Source: Candidatus Multivorans sp. (GTDB lineage Bacteria; Acidobacteriota; Thermoanaerobaculia; Multivoradales; Multivoraceae). Taken from it: a stretch of DNA of 64,000 nucleotides. How positions within the stretch are numbered: position 1 is the stretch's first letter; every line of letters starts with the position of its first letter. The stretch is from positions 1,427,772 to 1,491,771 of the forward strand of contig OZ242353.1 in NCBI GenBank assembly GCA_965208755.1, in the 5' to 3' direction. Of the stretch, positions 24,935-34,460 are shown one piece after another. The translations under genes were made by a program, and so were the position numbers. Below the pieces are notes generated by a model that worked only from the letters and a program-made list of their open reading frames with translations, searched no databases and was not told the DNA's origin.

Positions 24935-27076
24935 ATGAACCGGAACATCGCTTGCATCGTCCTCGTCGCGCTGGCCGCGCCGTTCGCGGTCACGGCCCAG
25001 GAGACGAACCCGATCGAGCCGCACCACATCGCCACCCTGCGCAGCGTCGGCACGGTGGAGGTGTCGCCCGACGGCAGTCTGGCGGCCTACCTGCTGAGCG
25101 TCCCCCGGCGGCCGCTGGACGAGGACAGCGGCGGCTCGTGGACCGAGCTGCACGTGCTCGACATGGCCGAACCCGGGTCCTCCCGGCCCTTCGTCGCCGG
25201 CTCGGTGAACGTGGGCCGGCCCAGCTTCCGCGGCAACGACGAGATTCTCTTCACCTCCCGCCGCGGCGAGGATTTGGCCTCCGCCCTCTACGGCATTCCG
25301 GTCGGCGGCGGCGAAAGCCGCAAGCTGGTCGAACACGCCAACGGCGTCGGCTCCTACGTCCTGTCGCCGGACGGCAGCCGGGTCGCCTTCCTGGCCCGCG
25401 AGGAAACCGCGAAGGAACTGAAGACGCTCCGCGAGAAGGGCTTCAACCAGGAGATCTACGAAGAGGACCGGCCCCTGACGCGGCTCTGGGTCGCGGAAGT
25501 TCCCGCGCTCGATGCGGACCGCAGCGACGACGAGTCGAAGCCCGTCCTGGTCGAGTCGGTCGACGGGCACGTCATCTCCGCCGTCTGGAGTCCCGGCGGC
25601 GAACGCCTCGCCGCGGTGACCACGCCGACCGCCCTGATCGACGACTCCTACACGAGCAAGTCCGTCGTGATCGTGGACGCGTCGATGGACGACTTCCCCG
25701 TGGTGTCAAGGGTGGAGGCGATCGGCAAGCTCGGCCAGGTCGAGTTCAGCCCGAACGGCGAGCAGGTCGCCGCCGTGTCGGCCGCCGATCAGCACGACCC
25801 GGCGGCCGGCCGGCTGATGCTCATAGGCGGCGCCGACAGCTTCAGCGACCTGCTGCCGGAACTCGAGGGCCACGTCGCCTCGTTCGCCTGGGAGGGCGAC
25901 GAGCACCTCCTGTACGCCGCCTCCGTCGGCGTCTGGAGCACCCTGGGCAGGGTATCCACCGGCGGCGAAGCGGAAACGCTGATCGAACCGGGCGGCCCGA
26001 TCGGCCTCAGCTTCAGACTGCCGCGCGGCGGAGGCGCGGCGGCGCTGGTCGCGGACAGCCCCGATCACCCGAGGGAGATCTACCGCTACGACCCGGCGGC
26101 GCCGCAGACGCCGCCGGTGCGGATGACGAACTCGAACCCCTGGCTCGACGACGTCGACCTGGCCCGCCAGGAGGTCGTCCGGCACAGAGCGCCTGACGGG
26201 CTCGAACTCGAGGGGCTGCTGATCTACCCGCTCGACTACGAGGAGGGCCGGCGCTACCCGCTGATCCTGTTCGTCCACGGCGGCCCGGAGAGCCACCACA
26301 GCAACGGATGGCTGACCAGCTACTCGAGCTTCACACAGCTCGCAGCCGCCCGCGGCTTCGCCTCCTTCTTCCCGAACTACCGCGGCAGCACGGGGCGCGG
26401 CGTCGAGTTCTCGAAGCTCGGCCAGCACGCAGCCGCCGGCCCCGAGTTCGACGACCTGATCGTCGCGGTCGACCACCTGATCGAGATCGGCCTCGTCGAC
26501 CGCGACCGGGTCGGCATCACCGGCGGCTCCTACGGCGGCTACGCCTCGGCCTGGGGCGCGACCTACTACTCCGACCGTTTCGCTGCGGCGATTCCCTTCG
26601 TCGGCATCTCGAACAACATCTCCAAGCTGGGGACGACGGACATTCCGCTGGAGATGGAACTGGTCCATCACCGCACGACGCTCTGGGACGACTGGGACTA
26701 CTTCGAGAAGAGCAGCCCCATCTACTACGTCAAGCGCAACCGCACGCCGACCCTGATCCTGCATGGCAAGGAGGACCCCCGGGTCCATCCCGCCCAGTCG
26801 CTGGAGCTGCACCGGCACCTGAAGACCCTCGGACAGGCGCCCGTGCGGCTGGTCCTCTACCCCGGCGAGGGCCACGGCAACCGGCGCTCGGCGGCCCGCC
26901 TCGACTACATGCTCCGCACGCTGCGCTGGATGGAGCACTATCTGAAGGGCCCCGGCGGCGACCCGCCGCCGCACGAGATCGACTACGCCGACTACCTGCC
27001 GTGGGCCGAGAGCGGCGACGACGCCGGCGAAGAAGCGCCCACCCCGGACGCCGAGTCGACGGGCGGCGGAGAGTGA
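24935..27076 (+). CDS. S9 family peptidase (prolyl oligopeptidase / acylaminoacyl-peptidase-like), secreted
   Basis: 'GITGGSYGGYAS' (GxSxGG nucleophile); N-terminal beta-propeller; 'LILHGKEDPRV'; signal peptide. Confidence 0.75.
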   Translation: MNRNIACIVLVALAAPFAVTAQETNPIEPHHIATLRSVGTVEVSPDGSLAAYLLSVPRRPLDEDSGGSWTELHVLDMAEPGSSRPFVAGSVNVGRPSFRGNDEILFTSRRGEDLASALYGIPVGGGESRKLVEHANGVGSYVLSPDGSRVAFLAREETAKELKTLREKGFNQEIYEEDRPLTRLWVAEVPALDADRSDDESKPVLVESVDGHVISAVWSPGGERLAAVTTPTALIDDSYTSKSVVIVDASMDDFPVVSRVEAIGKLGQVEFSPNGEQVAAVSAADQHDPAAGRLMLIGGADSFSDLLPELEGHVASFAWEGDEHLLYAASVGVWSTLGRVSTGGEAETLIEPGGPIGLSFRLPRGGGAAALVADSPDHPREIYRYDPAAPQTPPVRMTNSNPWLDDVDLARQEVVRHRAPDGLELEGLLIYPLDYEEGRRYPLILFVHGGPESHHSNGWLTSYSSFTQLAAARGFASFFPNYRGSTGRGVEFSKLGQHAAAGPEFDDLIVAVDHLIEIGLVDRDRVGITGGSYGGYASAWGATYYSDRFAAAIPFVGISNNISKLGTTDIPLEMELVHHRTTLWDDWDYFEKSSPIYYVKRNRTPTLILHGKEDPRVHPAQSLELHRHLKTLGQAPVRLVLYPGEGHGNRRSAARLDYMLRTLRWMEHYLKGPGGDPPPHEIDYADYLPWAESGDDAGEEAPTPDAESTGGGE

Positions 27077-27504
27077 AACGAGCCTCCCCGCTTGCCGGGG
27101 CGGGCGTCCGCGTGCTCGCCTGCTGTTTGGCGCTGGCCGTCGCCGGATGCGCGGAGGACGCCGTCGAACCCGCTCCGCCCGTCGTCGAACGGCCGACGTG
27201 GAAGCCGCCCGCGCCGGCGCCGCCGCCGAAGCCCTGCGGTGTCGGCTGCATCGAGGGCGAAGGCAACGCCACGGTACGGTTCCAGATGGCCGGCGGCGAC
27301 CACACCGCCACCGCCTCCGTCGAGGGCAACCGCGGTGTGTTCTCCGTGGGACCGCCCGTCGACATCTCGCAGAACGCCGAGGATTGGTCGGGGATCACCA
27401 CCTTCTTCGTGCCCGAAGCGGGTGTCAAGACGCTCCAGATCCGGGCCACCGGCAAGTGGAGCCTGACCATCCTGAAGGGGAAGCAGTCGTATGCCGACGG
27501 CTAG
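27073..27504 (+). CDS. Hypothetical lipoprotein
   Basis: GTG start overlapping the upstream stop; lipobox 'LALAVAGC'; Pro-rich linker. Confidence 0.45.
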   Translation: MKRASPLAGAGVRVLACCLALAVAGCAEDAVEPAPPVVERPTWKPPAPAPPPKPCGVGCIEGEGNATVRFQMAGGDHTATASVEGNRGVFSVGPPVDISQNAEDWSGITTFFVPEAGVKTLQIRATGKWSLTILKGKQSYADG

Positions 27505-27605
27505 GAGCTTGCGCGGCGGAACGCCGCGAGCAAGTGCTGCCGCGCAAGCTCCTGGCGAGGTGGGGGCTGGGGCCAAACATGGAGCCTGCGACAGGTTTGG
27601 CGGCT
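27504..27605. repeat. Dispersed intergenic double-hairpin element, copy B
   Basis: Same architecture and near-identical sequence as the element at 21003-21105; same orientation; located between a lipoprotein gene and mrpE. Confidence 0.7.
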
Positions 27606-27639
27606 CTAGCGGGCTCAGTCGATCGGAGCTGACGCCGCC

Positions 27640-28131
27640 GTGAGACTGGGCGTCCTCGCGCTGCTGGCGGCGGTGTGGCTGTCCCTGTCCGGGCCGTACA
27701 CGCTGCACGAGTGGCTGATCTTCGCCTTCGGCGTCGTCTCCGTAGCCTTTGTCTGGCGCCTCTACCTGGCCCTTGATCGGGCGGCGGGCGGCGGTTCCGA
27801 GTTCTTTCGCGCCTCCTCCTGGCTGCGGCTGCCGCGCTTCCTGGTCGCCTTCGCGCTGAAGGTGGCGGCAGCCAACCTCCACACGACGAAGCTCATCCTG
27901 TCGCCGAAGATCAAGCTCCAGCCCCGCCTCCGGCGCGTGCCCGCGAGCCAGAAGACCTCCTTCGGACAGGTCCTGTACGCAAACTTCATCACGCTGACGC
28001 CCGGGACGATCACCCTCGACCTCCGGGACGACGAGCTGCTCGTCTACGCCCTCGACGCGGAAAGCGAGGCGGACGTGGTGGATGGCTCGATGGACCGTGA
28101 CGTGCTCCGCCTCGAAGGAGGCTCGGACTGA
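27640..28131 (+). CDS. mrpE: Na+/H+ antiporter subunit E (MrpE/MnhE/MbhA-like)
   Basis: 'ANFITLTPGTITLDL' MrpE signature. Confidence 0.7.
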   Translation: MRLGVLALLAAVWLSLSGPYTLHEWLIFAFGVVSVAFVWRLYLALDRAAGGGSEFFRASSWLRLPRFLVAFALKVAAANLHTTKLILSPKIKLQPRLRRVPASQKTSFGQVLYANFITLTPGTITLDLRDDELLVYALDAESEADVVDGSMDRDVLRLEGGSD

Positions 28132-28412
28132 TGTACCTGGCCGGGATGGCGGCGATCGTCGTGACGATGTTCCTGGCGCTCGCACGCGCCGCGATCGGCC
28201 CCACCGTGTTCGACCGCATCCTGGCCGTCAACATGTTCGGGACGAAGACGGTGCTGCTCATCGCGGTGGCCGGCTTCCTCACCGGGCGGCCCGAGTGGCT
28301 CGATCTCGCGATCGTCTACACGCTCGTCAACTTCACCGGCACGCTGGCGGTGCTGCGCTTCGCGCGCTTCGGAAACCTGGCTCGCGACGACCGCAAGGCC
28401 GACCGGTCATGA
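28131..28412 (+). CDS. mrpF: Antiporter subunit F (MrpF/MnhF)
   Basis: 93-aa polytopic protein positioned between mrpE and mrpG; MrpF-like. Confidence 0.6.
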   Translation: MYLAGMAAIVVTMFLALARAAIGPTVFDRILAVNMFGTKTVLLIAVAGFLTGRPEWLDLAIVYTLVNFTGTLAVLRFARFGNLARDDRKADRS

Positions 28413-28741
28413 ACGGCGCGCTCGACATCGTCACCGCGGTCCTGCTGATCGCCGGCGGGCTCTTCTGCGTGGTGGGAGGCATCGGCCTGCACCGCTTCTC
28501 CGAGTTCTACCAGCGCACCCACGCGGCGAGCGTCACCGACACCGCCGGGGCCAGCCTGATGCTCCTGGGCCTGATGTTCCAGGGCGGCCTGTCGATGGTC
28601 ACGCTGAAGCTGGTCCTCGTGCTCGCCTTCCTCTTTTTCAGCAGCCCGGCGATCGCGCACGCGCTCGTCAAGGCCGCTCACGGCCACGGACTGGCACTCG
28701 AGCTGGACGACCCGGGGAGGGACGGCGATGCCGCCGGTTGA
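28409..28741 (+). CDS. mrpG: Antiporter subunit G (MrpG/MnhG)
   Basis: 110 aa with three TM helices. ATG at 28409 overlaps the mrpF stop. Confidence 0.6.
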   Translation: MNGALDIVTAVLLIAGGLFCVVGGIGLHRFSEFYQRTHAASVTDTAGASLMLLGLMFQGGLSMVTLKLVLVLAFLFFSSPAIAHALVKAAHGHGLALELDDPGRDGDAAG

Positions 28742-29291
28742 ACTCCTCCTCATGCTGCTGCTGCTCGCCACCGTCATCGTCGTGGCTCGACTCAAGGACC
28801 TGTTCGCCGCCGCCATGCTGACCGGGATCGCGAGCCTGCTCGCGGCCGGTCTGTTCGTCCTGATGGACGCCGTGGACGTCGCCTTCACCGAGGCCGCGGT
28901 CGGCGCCGGCGTCAGCACCGTGCTCTTCCTCGGGGCGCTCAGCCTGACCTCGCGGCGCGAGAAGCAGCAGGAGCGAACGCGGATCCTGCGGATCCTGCCG
29001 ATCGTGATCGTGGTCGCCACCGGCGCGGCCCTGATCTACGGCACCTGGGACATGCCGGCCTATGGCGATCCCGACGCCGTCATCCACCACCACCTGGCGC
29101 CGGACCTGATCGCCGAGACGGAGGAGAAGATCCACATCCCGAACATCGTCACGGCGATCCTCGCCAGCTTTCGCGGCTATGACACGTTCGGTGAAGTCGT
29201 CGTGATCTTCACGGCCGGCGTCGGGGTCGCACTGCTTCTGGGCGGACTCGGTCTGCGACGCCGCGATGCCGGCACCGAGGAGGAGTCGTGA
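28728..29291 (+). CDS. DUF4040/MnhB N-terminal-like membrane subunit (MbhD-like)
   Basis: 'NIVTAILASFRGYDTFGEVVVIFTAGVGV' (MnhB-type motif). Confidence 0.55.
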   Translation: MPPVELLLMLLLLATVIVVARLKDLFAAAMLTGIASLLAAGLFVLMDAVDVAFTEAAVGAGVSTVLFLGALSLTSRREKQQERTRILRILPIVIVVATGAALIYGTWDMPAYGDPDAVIHHHLAPDLIAETEEKIHIPNIVTAILASFRGYDTFGEVVVIFTAGVGVALLLGGLGLRRRDAGTEEES

Positions 29292-29788
29292 AGCCGCCGT
29301 CCAGAGTCCGCGAGATGCCGATCCTCCGGGTCATCGCCCGGGCTCTGGTGCCGGTCATCCTCCTGTTCGGTCTTTACGTGCAGTTCCACGGCGACTTCGG
29401 CCCCGGCGGAGGCTTCCAGGCCGGCGTCATCTTCGCCGCGGGGCTCATCATCTTCGCCCTGACCTTCGGGGTGGAGGCGCTGCGGCAGGTCGTTTCCGTC
29501 GTGCTGACGGAGCGGCTGATGGCCGCGGGCGTGCTGCTCTACGGCGCGGTCGGCGTGCTGGCGATGTTCCTGGGCGGGGAGTTCCTGAACTACTCGGCGC
29601 TCGATCCGCTGACGACCGGTCATCACGGCCAGCACCTCGGCATCATCGCCATCGAACTGGGCGTCGGCATCGCCGTCGCGGCGACGATCATGCGCGTCTA
29701 CTACGCCTTCGTCGGCCGCCGCGCGGACGGTCACGGTGAAGCGACGGAGCCGGCCCTGGGCGCCGAACCGGGCGAAGGGACGCCGTGA
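29288..29788 (+). CDS. mrpB: Antiporter subunit B (MnhB/MrpB, MbhE-like)
   Basis: 'HGDFGPGGGFQAGVIFAAG' (PGGGFQ-G motif of MnhB). Confidence 0.65.
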   Translation: MKPPSRVREMPILRVIARALVPVILLFGLYVQFHGDFGPGGGFQAGVIFAAGLIIFALTFGVEALRQVVSVVLTERLMAAGVLLYGAVGVLAMFLGGEFLNYSALDPLTTGHHGQHLGIIAIELGVGIAVAATIMRVYYAFVGRRADGHGEATEPALGAEPGEGTP

Positions 29789-30183
29789 GTTCGGTCCAGT
29801 CGTTCTCCGGGCTCTGGGCCTACTGGCTGATCATCGCGCTGATGATGGTCGGGCTCTACATCGTCATCGCCCGCGACAACCTGATCAAGAAAGTGATGGG
29901 GCTCAACATCTTCCAGGCGGCGGCGATCCTCTTCTACGTGACGATGGCGAAGGTGACCGGGGGCACCGCGCCGATCGTGCCGCACGATCCCGCTCACCCC
30001 GGCGGCCATGAAGGACACGAGATCCTCTACTCGAACCCGCTGCCGCACGTGCTGATGCTGACCGCGATCGTGGTCGGCGTCGCCACCACCGCCCTGGCGC
30101 TGGCGCTGGCCGTGCGCATTCACGGCGACTACGGCACCGCCGAAGAGGACGAGGCCGCGATCTACGACATGGAGCACACTTGA
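29785..30183 (+). CDS. mrpC: Antiporter subunit C (MrpC/NuoK-like)
   Basis: 132 aa; 'GLNIFQAAAILFYV' NuoK/MrpC-like. Confidence 0.65.
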   Translation: MSSVQSFSGLWAYWLIIALMMVGLYIVIARDNLIKKVMGLNIFQAAAILFYVTMAKVTGGTAPIVPHDPAHPGGHEGHEILYSNPLPHVLMLTAIVVGVATTALALALAVRIHGDYGTAEEDEAAIYDMEHT

Positions 30184-30211
30184 GGCGCTTCCCGGGGTCG
30201 AGAGCATCGTC

Positions 30212-31696
30212 GTGATCGAGAAGATCGTCGTCCTCGAGGTCGTCCTGCCGCTGCTCGCCGCGCCGGTTTGCGTGCTGGTGCGCCACCCGCGCTTCTGCCG
30301 CCTGTTCAGTCTCGGCGTCGTCGCGGCCTGCTTCGCGATCGCGGTCGCCGTGCTGCTCGAGGTGCGGGGCGGCGGCGTGATCTCCTACCAGCTCGGCGGC
30401 TGGCCGCCGCCGCTGGGAATCGAGCACCGGGTTTCGACCGTCAACGCCTATCTGCTCGCCCTGGTCACCGCGATGGCCCTGGTGGTCATGAGCTTCGACT
30501 CGCGGGGCGGTCCGCCGCGCGTGCCGGAGCAGCGCCGGCACCTCTACTACGCGGTGTTCCTGCTCTGCATCTCCGGTCTGCTCGGCATGACGATCACCGG
30601 CGACGCCTTCAACATCTTCGTGTTTCTCGAGATCTCGTCGCTGTCGTCCTACATCCTGGTCAGCCTCGGCGGCCACCGGCGCGCCGTGCTGTCCGCCTTC
30701 TACTACCTGGTCATGGGCACGATCGGCGGCGTCTTCTTCATGCTGGGCGTCGGCCTCCTCTACCAGGTGACGGGCACCCTGAATCTGCGCGACATCGCGG
30801 CCCGCCTCGAGCCGTCGCTCGACGATCGCGGCACCGTGCTCGCCCTGGCGCTTCTGGTCGTCGGCATCTCGATCAAGCTGGCGGTCTTCCCGCTGCACCA
30901 CTGGCTGCCCAACGCCTACTCGTTCGCGCCGCCCAAGGTCAGCGCCTTCCTGGCCGCGACGGCGACCAAGGTCTCCTTCTACCTGCTCGCGATGATCCTG
31001 TTCACGATCTTCGGCGCGCCCTTCGTGTTCGAGGAGCTGCGCCTCCAGGCCGTGCTGCTGCCGCTGTCCATCCTCGCCATGTTCCTGGCCTCCGGCGCCG
31101 CGATCTTCCAGACCGACCTGCGGCGGCTGCTGGCCTACTCGAGCGTCGCCCAGATCGGCTACATGACCCTCGGCCTCTCGACCGCGAACGCGACCGGTCT
31201 GGCCGGCGGCCTGGTCCACCTGTTCAACCACGCGGTGATGAAGGGTGGACTGTTCCTGGTCGTCGCCTGCCTGCTCTACCGGGTCGGCTCGGTCCACATC
31301 GACGCCCTCGCCGGCATCGGCCGCCGCATGCCGCTCACTTCGGCCGCGCTGGTCATCGGCGGCCTGAGCCTGATCGGCGTTCCGGGCACGGTCGGCTTCG
31401 TCAGCAAGTGGTACCTGGTGTCCGGCGTGCTCGAGCGCGGCTGGACCGCCGCCGCGGTGCTCATCCTGCTGAGTTCGCTGCTGGCCCTGGTCTACGTCGG
31501 CAAGGTGGTCGAAGTCGTCTACTTCCGCAAGCCGCCCGAGACGCAGCCGATCGACCATGTACGGGAGGCTCCCTTCGGGATGCTCGCGCCGACCTGGGCG
31601 CTCGCTGCGGCCGCGGTCTTCTTCGGGCTGACCACGAACTGGACCTACGGTGTCGCGAGGGAAGCCGCCGAACTCCTGCTCGCGGGCGGGATCTGA
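30212..31696 (+). CDS. mrpD: Antiporter subunit D (NuoN/NuoM-like proton-pumping subunit)
   Basis: 494 aa, 14 TM helices; 'FPLHHWLPNAY', 'HLFNHAVMKGGLF' (Proton_antipo_M). Confidence 0.7.
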   Translation: MIEKIVVLEVVLPLLAAPVCVLVRHPRFCRLFSLGVVAACFAIAVAVLLEVRGGGVISYQLGGWPPPLGIEHRVSTVNAYLLALVTAMALVVMSFDSRGGPPRVPEQRRHLYYAVFLLCISGLLGMTITGDAFNIFVFLEISSLSSYILVSLGGHRRAVLSAFYYLVMGTIGGVFFMLGVGLLYQVTGTLNLRDIAARLEPSLDDRGTVLALALLVVGISIKLAVFPLHHWLPNAYSFAPPKVSAFLAATATKVSFYLLAMILFTIFGAPFVFEELRLQAVLLPLSILAMFLASGAAIFQTDLRRLLAYSSVAQIGYMTLGLSTANATGLAGGLVHLFNHAVMKGGLFLVVACLLYRVGSVHIDALAGIGRRMPLTSAALVIGGLSLIGVPGTVGFVSKWYLVSGVLERGWTAAAVLILLSSLLALVYVGKVVEVVYFRKPPETQPIDHVREAPFGMLAPTWALAAAAVFFGLTTNWTYGVAREAAELLLAGGI

Positions 31697-31703
31697 GTCG
31701 ACG

Positions 31704-33191
31704 ATGAGTTCCGGGACGACGATTCTGGTCGCTCTGCTGCTGCCCGTGGTGGCGGCGGTCTCGTGCCAGATCTTCGGCCGCCTCGGGCATCCGAACCTGC
31801 GTGACGTCGCCACGCCGCTGATCGGCGCCGGCACGTTCGCCGCCGTCTGGCAACTCGGCGGCGACGTTCTGCGAGGCGGCCGGCCGGAACTCGTCCTGTT
31901 CGAGGTGCTGCCGGGGGTGGAACTCGCGTTCCAGGTCGAGCCTTTGGGGCTGGTCTACGGCCTGGTGGCGAGCGGCCTGTGGATCGTGACCTCGATCTAC
32001 GCCGTCGGCTACATGCGCGGGCACCACGAGCACAACCAGACGCGGTTCTTCACCTTCTTCGCCCTCTCGATCTTCGCCGCGCTCGGCATCGCCTTCGCCC
32101 GCAACCTGTTCACTCTGTTCCTCTTCTACGAGGCGCTGACGCTTCTCACCTTCCCGCTCGTCACCCACCACGGCACGGACGAGGCGAGGCGCGCCGGGCG
32201 CGTCTATCTCGGCATCCTCCTCTTCACCTCGATCTCCTTCCTGCTGTTCGCCATCCTCTTCACCTGGCGGCTGACCGGCACGATCGAGTTCACGCCGGGC
32301 GGCATCCTGGGCGCCGAGACAAGTTCCGGGATGGTCACGGTGCTGCTGCTGCTCTACGCCTTCGGCGCCGGCAAGGCGGCGCTCATGCCCTTCCACCGCT
32401 GGCTGCCGAACGCGATGGTGGCGCCGACCCCGGTCAGCGCGCTGCTGCACGCGGTCGCGGTGGTCAAGGCGGGCGTGTTCGCGATCCTCAAGGTCGTCGT
32501 CTACGTCTTCGGCCTCGACCTGCTCGCCGGAAGCAACGGGTCACTCGCGCTGATGACGATCGCCTCGTTCACGATGCTGATGGCGGCCGTCATCGCCATC
32601 CGCCAGGACAACCTGAAGGCGCGGCTCGCCTACTCGACGATCAGCCAGCTCGCCTACATCGTCCTCGGCGCCGCGATGGCCACGGCCACGGGCGTCCTCG
32701 GCGGCGGCCTGCAGATCGCGATGCACGCGGCGGGCAAGATCACCCTCTTCTTCTGCGCCGGCGCCATTCTGGTCGCCACCCACAAGAAGAAGGTGAGCGA
32801 ACTCGACGGGCTCGGCCGGACAATGCCCTGGACGTTCGCCGCCTTCTTTCTCGCCTCGCTCTCGATCATCGGCATCCCGCCGCTGGGCGGGTCCTGGGCC
32901 AAGTGGTACCTGATGGTCGGCGCGCTCGAGACCGGGTTCGCCTGGCAAGCCGCGTTTCTGGTGGTGCTGATGGTCAGCTCCCTGCTCGCCGTTTTCTACT
33001 TGATGCCCGTGGTCGTTCGCGGCTTCTTCGCGACCTCGCCCACAGCCGGCACCAGCGGCAGCGCCGGCGGCGACCGGAAGCCGATCGCCGAAGCGCCGTT
33101 TCTCTGCGTCGCCCCGCTGGTGCTGACGGCGCTGCTGTCGCTGGCGCTGTTCTTCGTTGCCGGTGATCTGGCGTCGCTGCTCAGCTTCTAG
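31704..33191 (+). CDS. Second NuoL/M/N-like antiporter subunit (MrpD2 or MrpA-N-like)
   Basis: 'FHRWLPNAM', 'IAMHAAGKITLFFCAG'. Start at the internal ATG (31704), directly after the mrpD stop. Confidence 0.65.
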   Translation: MSSGTTILVALLLPVVAAVSCQIFGRLGHPNLRDVATPLIGAGTFAAVWQLGGDVLRGGRPELVLFEVLPGVELAFQVEPLGLVYGLVASGLWIVTSIYAVGYMRGHHEHNQTRFFTFFALSIFAALGIAFARNLFTLFLFYEALTLLTFPLVTHHGTDEARRAGRVYLGILLFTSISFLLFAILFTWRLTGTIEFTPGGILGAETSSGMVTVLLLLYAFGAGKAALMPFHRWLPNAMVAPTPVSALLHAVAVVKAGVFAILKVVVYVFGLDLLAGSNGSLALMTIASFTMLMAAVIAIRQDNLKARLAYSTISQLAYIVLGAAMATATGVLGGGLQIAMHAAGKITLFFCAGAILVATHKKKVSELDGLGRTMPWTFAAFFLASLSIIGIPPLGGSWAKWYLMVGALETGFAWQAAFLVVLMVSSLLAVFYLMPVVVRGFFATSPTAGTSGSAGGDRKPIAEAPFLCVAPLVLTALLSLALFFVAGDLASLLSF

Positions 33192-33269
33192 GGGGCGGCA
33201 GAAGTCCGAGAGCCGGCGCTACGCGCCGGATGCCGGCGGGGACGCCGGCGTACCCAGTGTGTGACTTGG

Positions 33270-34421
33270 CTAGCGGGGTCGAATCCACTGCCCGTGGCGC
33301 AGCCGCTCCTCGGCCGGCACGAGCCCCAGCCACCGCTTGAACCTCCGTCGGTCCGCGAACCGCGACACCTCCGCCAGCCGGACCTCCACCGGCAGGAATC
33401 GCAGGGCCGCCAGTGCCTCCCGATCCGTCCCCCCGGCCTCAGAGGCGAAGCGCAGCAGGAGTCTCCGCTCCAGCCGCTCGAACTCCGCCGCGAGCTGGTG
33501 TTCGACGCGCAGCGCCGCTCCACAGGAGGCGATCGCCGCGCGCCGCAGAGGTTCGTACCGCGGCTCGACGTAGAAGTCGAAGCTACTGGCGGACAGCCCC
33601 TGAAGTCGGCTGAGCTCGCCCGGCGACGGCGCCATCTTGACCCCAGGCGTCAGCGCCTTCCACTGCTCGTAGCTCACGGGCCTCGGCTCGCCGACGTCGG
33701 GATCCGGCGCCGGTAGGTGAAGCGCCATGGCAATGACGATCCAGCCGTCCGCGGCCAGTCCCGCCTCCAGGTCGCCGGCGGCTCGTATGCCCGCATCGTC
33801 CAGGGCGGGAAACCCGTCGCTCAGCCAGAACAGGAAGCACGGTGGGTCGCCGCAGCGGGGAGTGGTCTCGGCCAGGAGGCGCGCCGCCGATTCACGCACC
33901 ACGTCGGCGTAGGTCGGCAGGTCCGCCGGACGGTTCCCGGCCTCGAAGTAGGCGTCGCGGCCCAGGCCTTCGCCGGCAATCTGCTCCAGCGCCGCCTCGA
34001 CGGCGCCCGGCTCGGTGGTCGCGACGAGCCGCTGCTCCGCGCCTCCGGGCGCGCCGTCGTCCAACGCGACTTCGACCGGCCCGAGCGCCACCAGCCGCCT
34101 CGCGTGCCGCGCCAGCGCCTCCGCACCGAGACGGACCGTCGCCGCCCTGGCCAGCACGGCGTCCACATAGACAAGCACCGGCCGCGGATTCGCCTTCAGA
34201 TCGAGCGCGGACACACCGGTCACGCGGCGCCGCTCGCCGGCGACCTCCACCACGAAGTCGCCCGGCTCGAAGTCCGACGGTTTCACTCCGCGCAGCCGGG
34301 GCAACTCGATGACGACCGACGACTCCGCCACCTCGACCGCGTCGGTGAAGGTCCGGTCCGGCGGCGGCTGGGCAGGAAGGGCCGCGGCAAACAGGACCAG
34401 GAAACCGGCGGTGAACTTCAT
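33270..34421 (-). CDS. Secreted hypothetical protein
   Basis: Signal peptide 'MKFTAGFLVLFAAALPAQ'; no recognised motifs. Confidence 0.4.
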   Translation of the reverse strand: MKFTAGFLVLFAAALPAQPPPDRTFTDAVEVAESSVVIELPRLRGVKPSDFEPGDFVVEVAGERRRVTGVSALDLKANPRPVLVYVDAVLARAATVRLGAEALARHARRLVALGPVEVALDDGAPGGAEQRLVATTEPGAVEAALEQIAGEGLGRDAYFEAGNRPADLPTYADVVRESAARLLAETTPRCGDPPCFLFWLSDGFPALDDAGIRAAGDLEAGLAADGWIVIAMALHLPAPDPDVGEPRPVSYEQWKALTPGVKMAPSPGELSRLQGLSASSFDFYVEPRYEPLRRAAIASCGAALRVEHQLAAEFERLERRLLLRFASEAGGTDREALAALRFLPVEVRLAEVSRFADRRRFKRWLGLVPAEERLRHGQWIRPR

Positions 34422-34460
34422 GGGCCGGACCAGACTACCGGGCTATAGTCGCAGCTTCGA

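Noticed and set aside
23212-25053. 613-aa minus-strand ORF
   Set aside because: Antisense to the PfkB kinase and acyl-CoA synthetase genes.
25706-26974. 422-aa minus-strand ORF and the 24952..26196 alternate frame
   Set aside because: Inside the S9 peptidase gene; no motifs.
26308-27504. 398-aa plus-strand ORF
   Set aside because: Only the last 143 codons (from the GTG at 27073) form a plausible lipoprotein. The upstream part is an alternate frame of the S9 peptidase gene.
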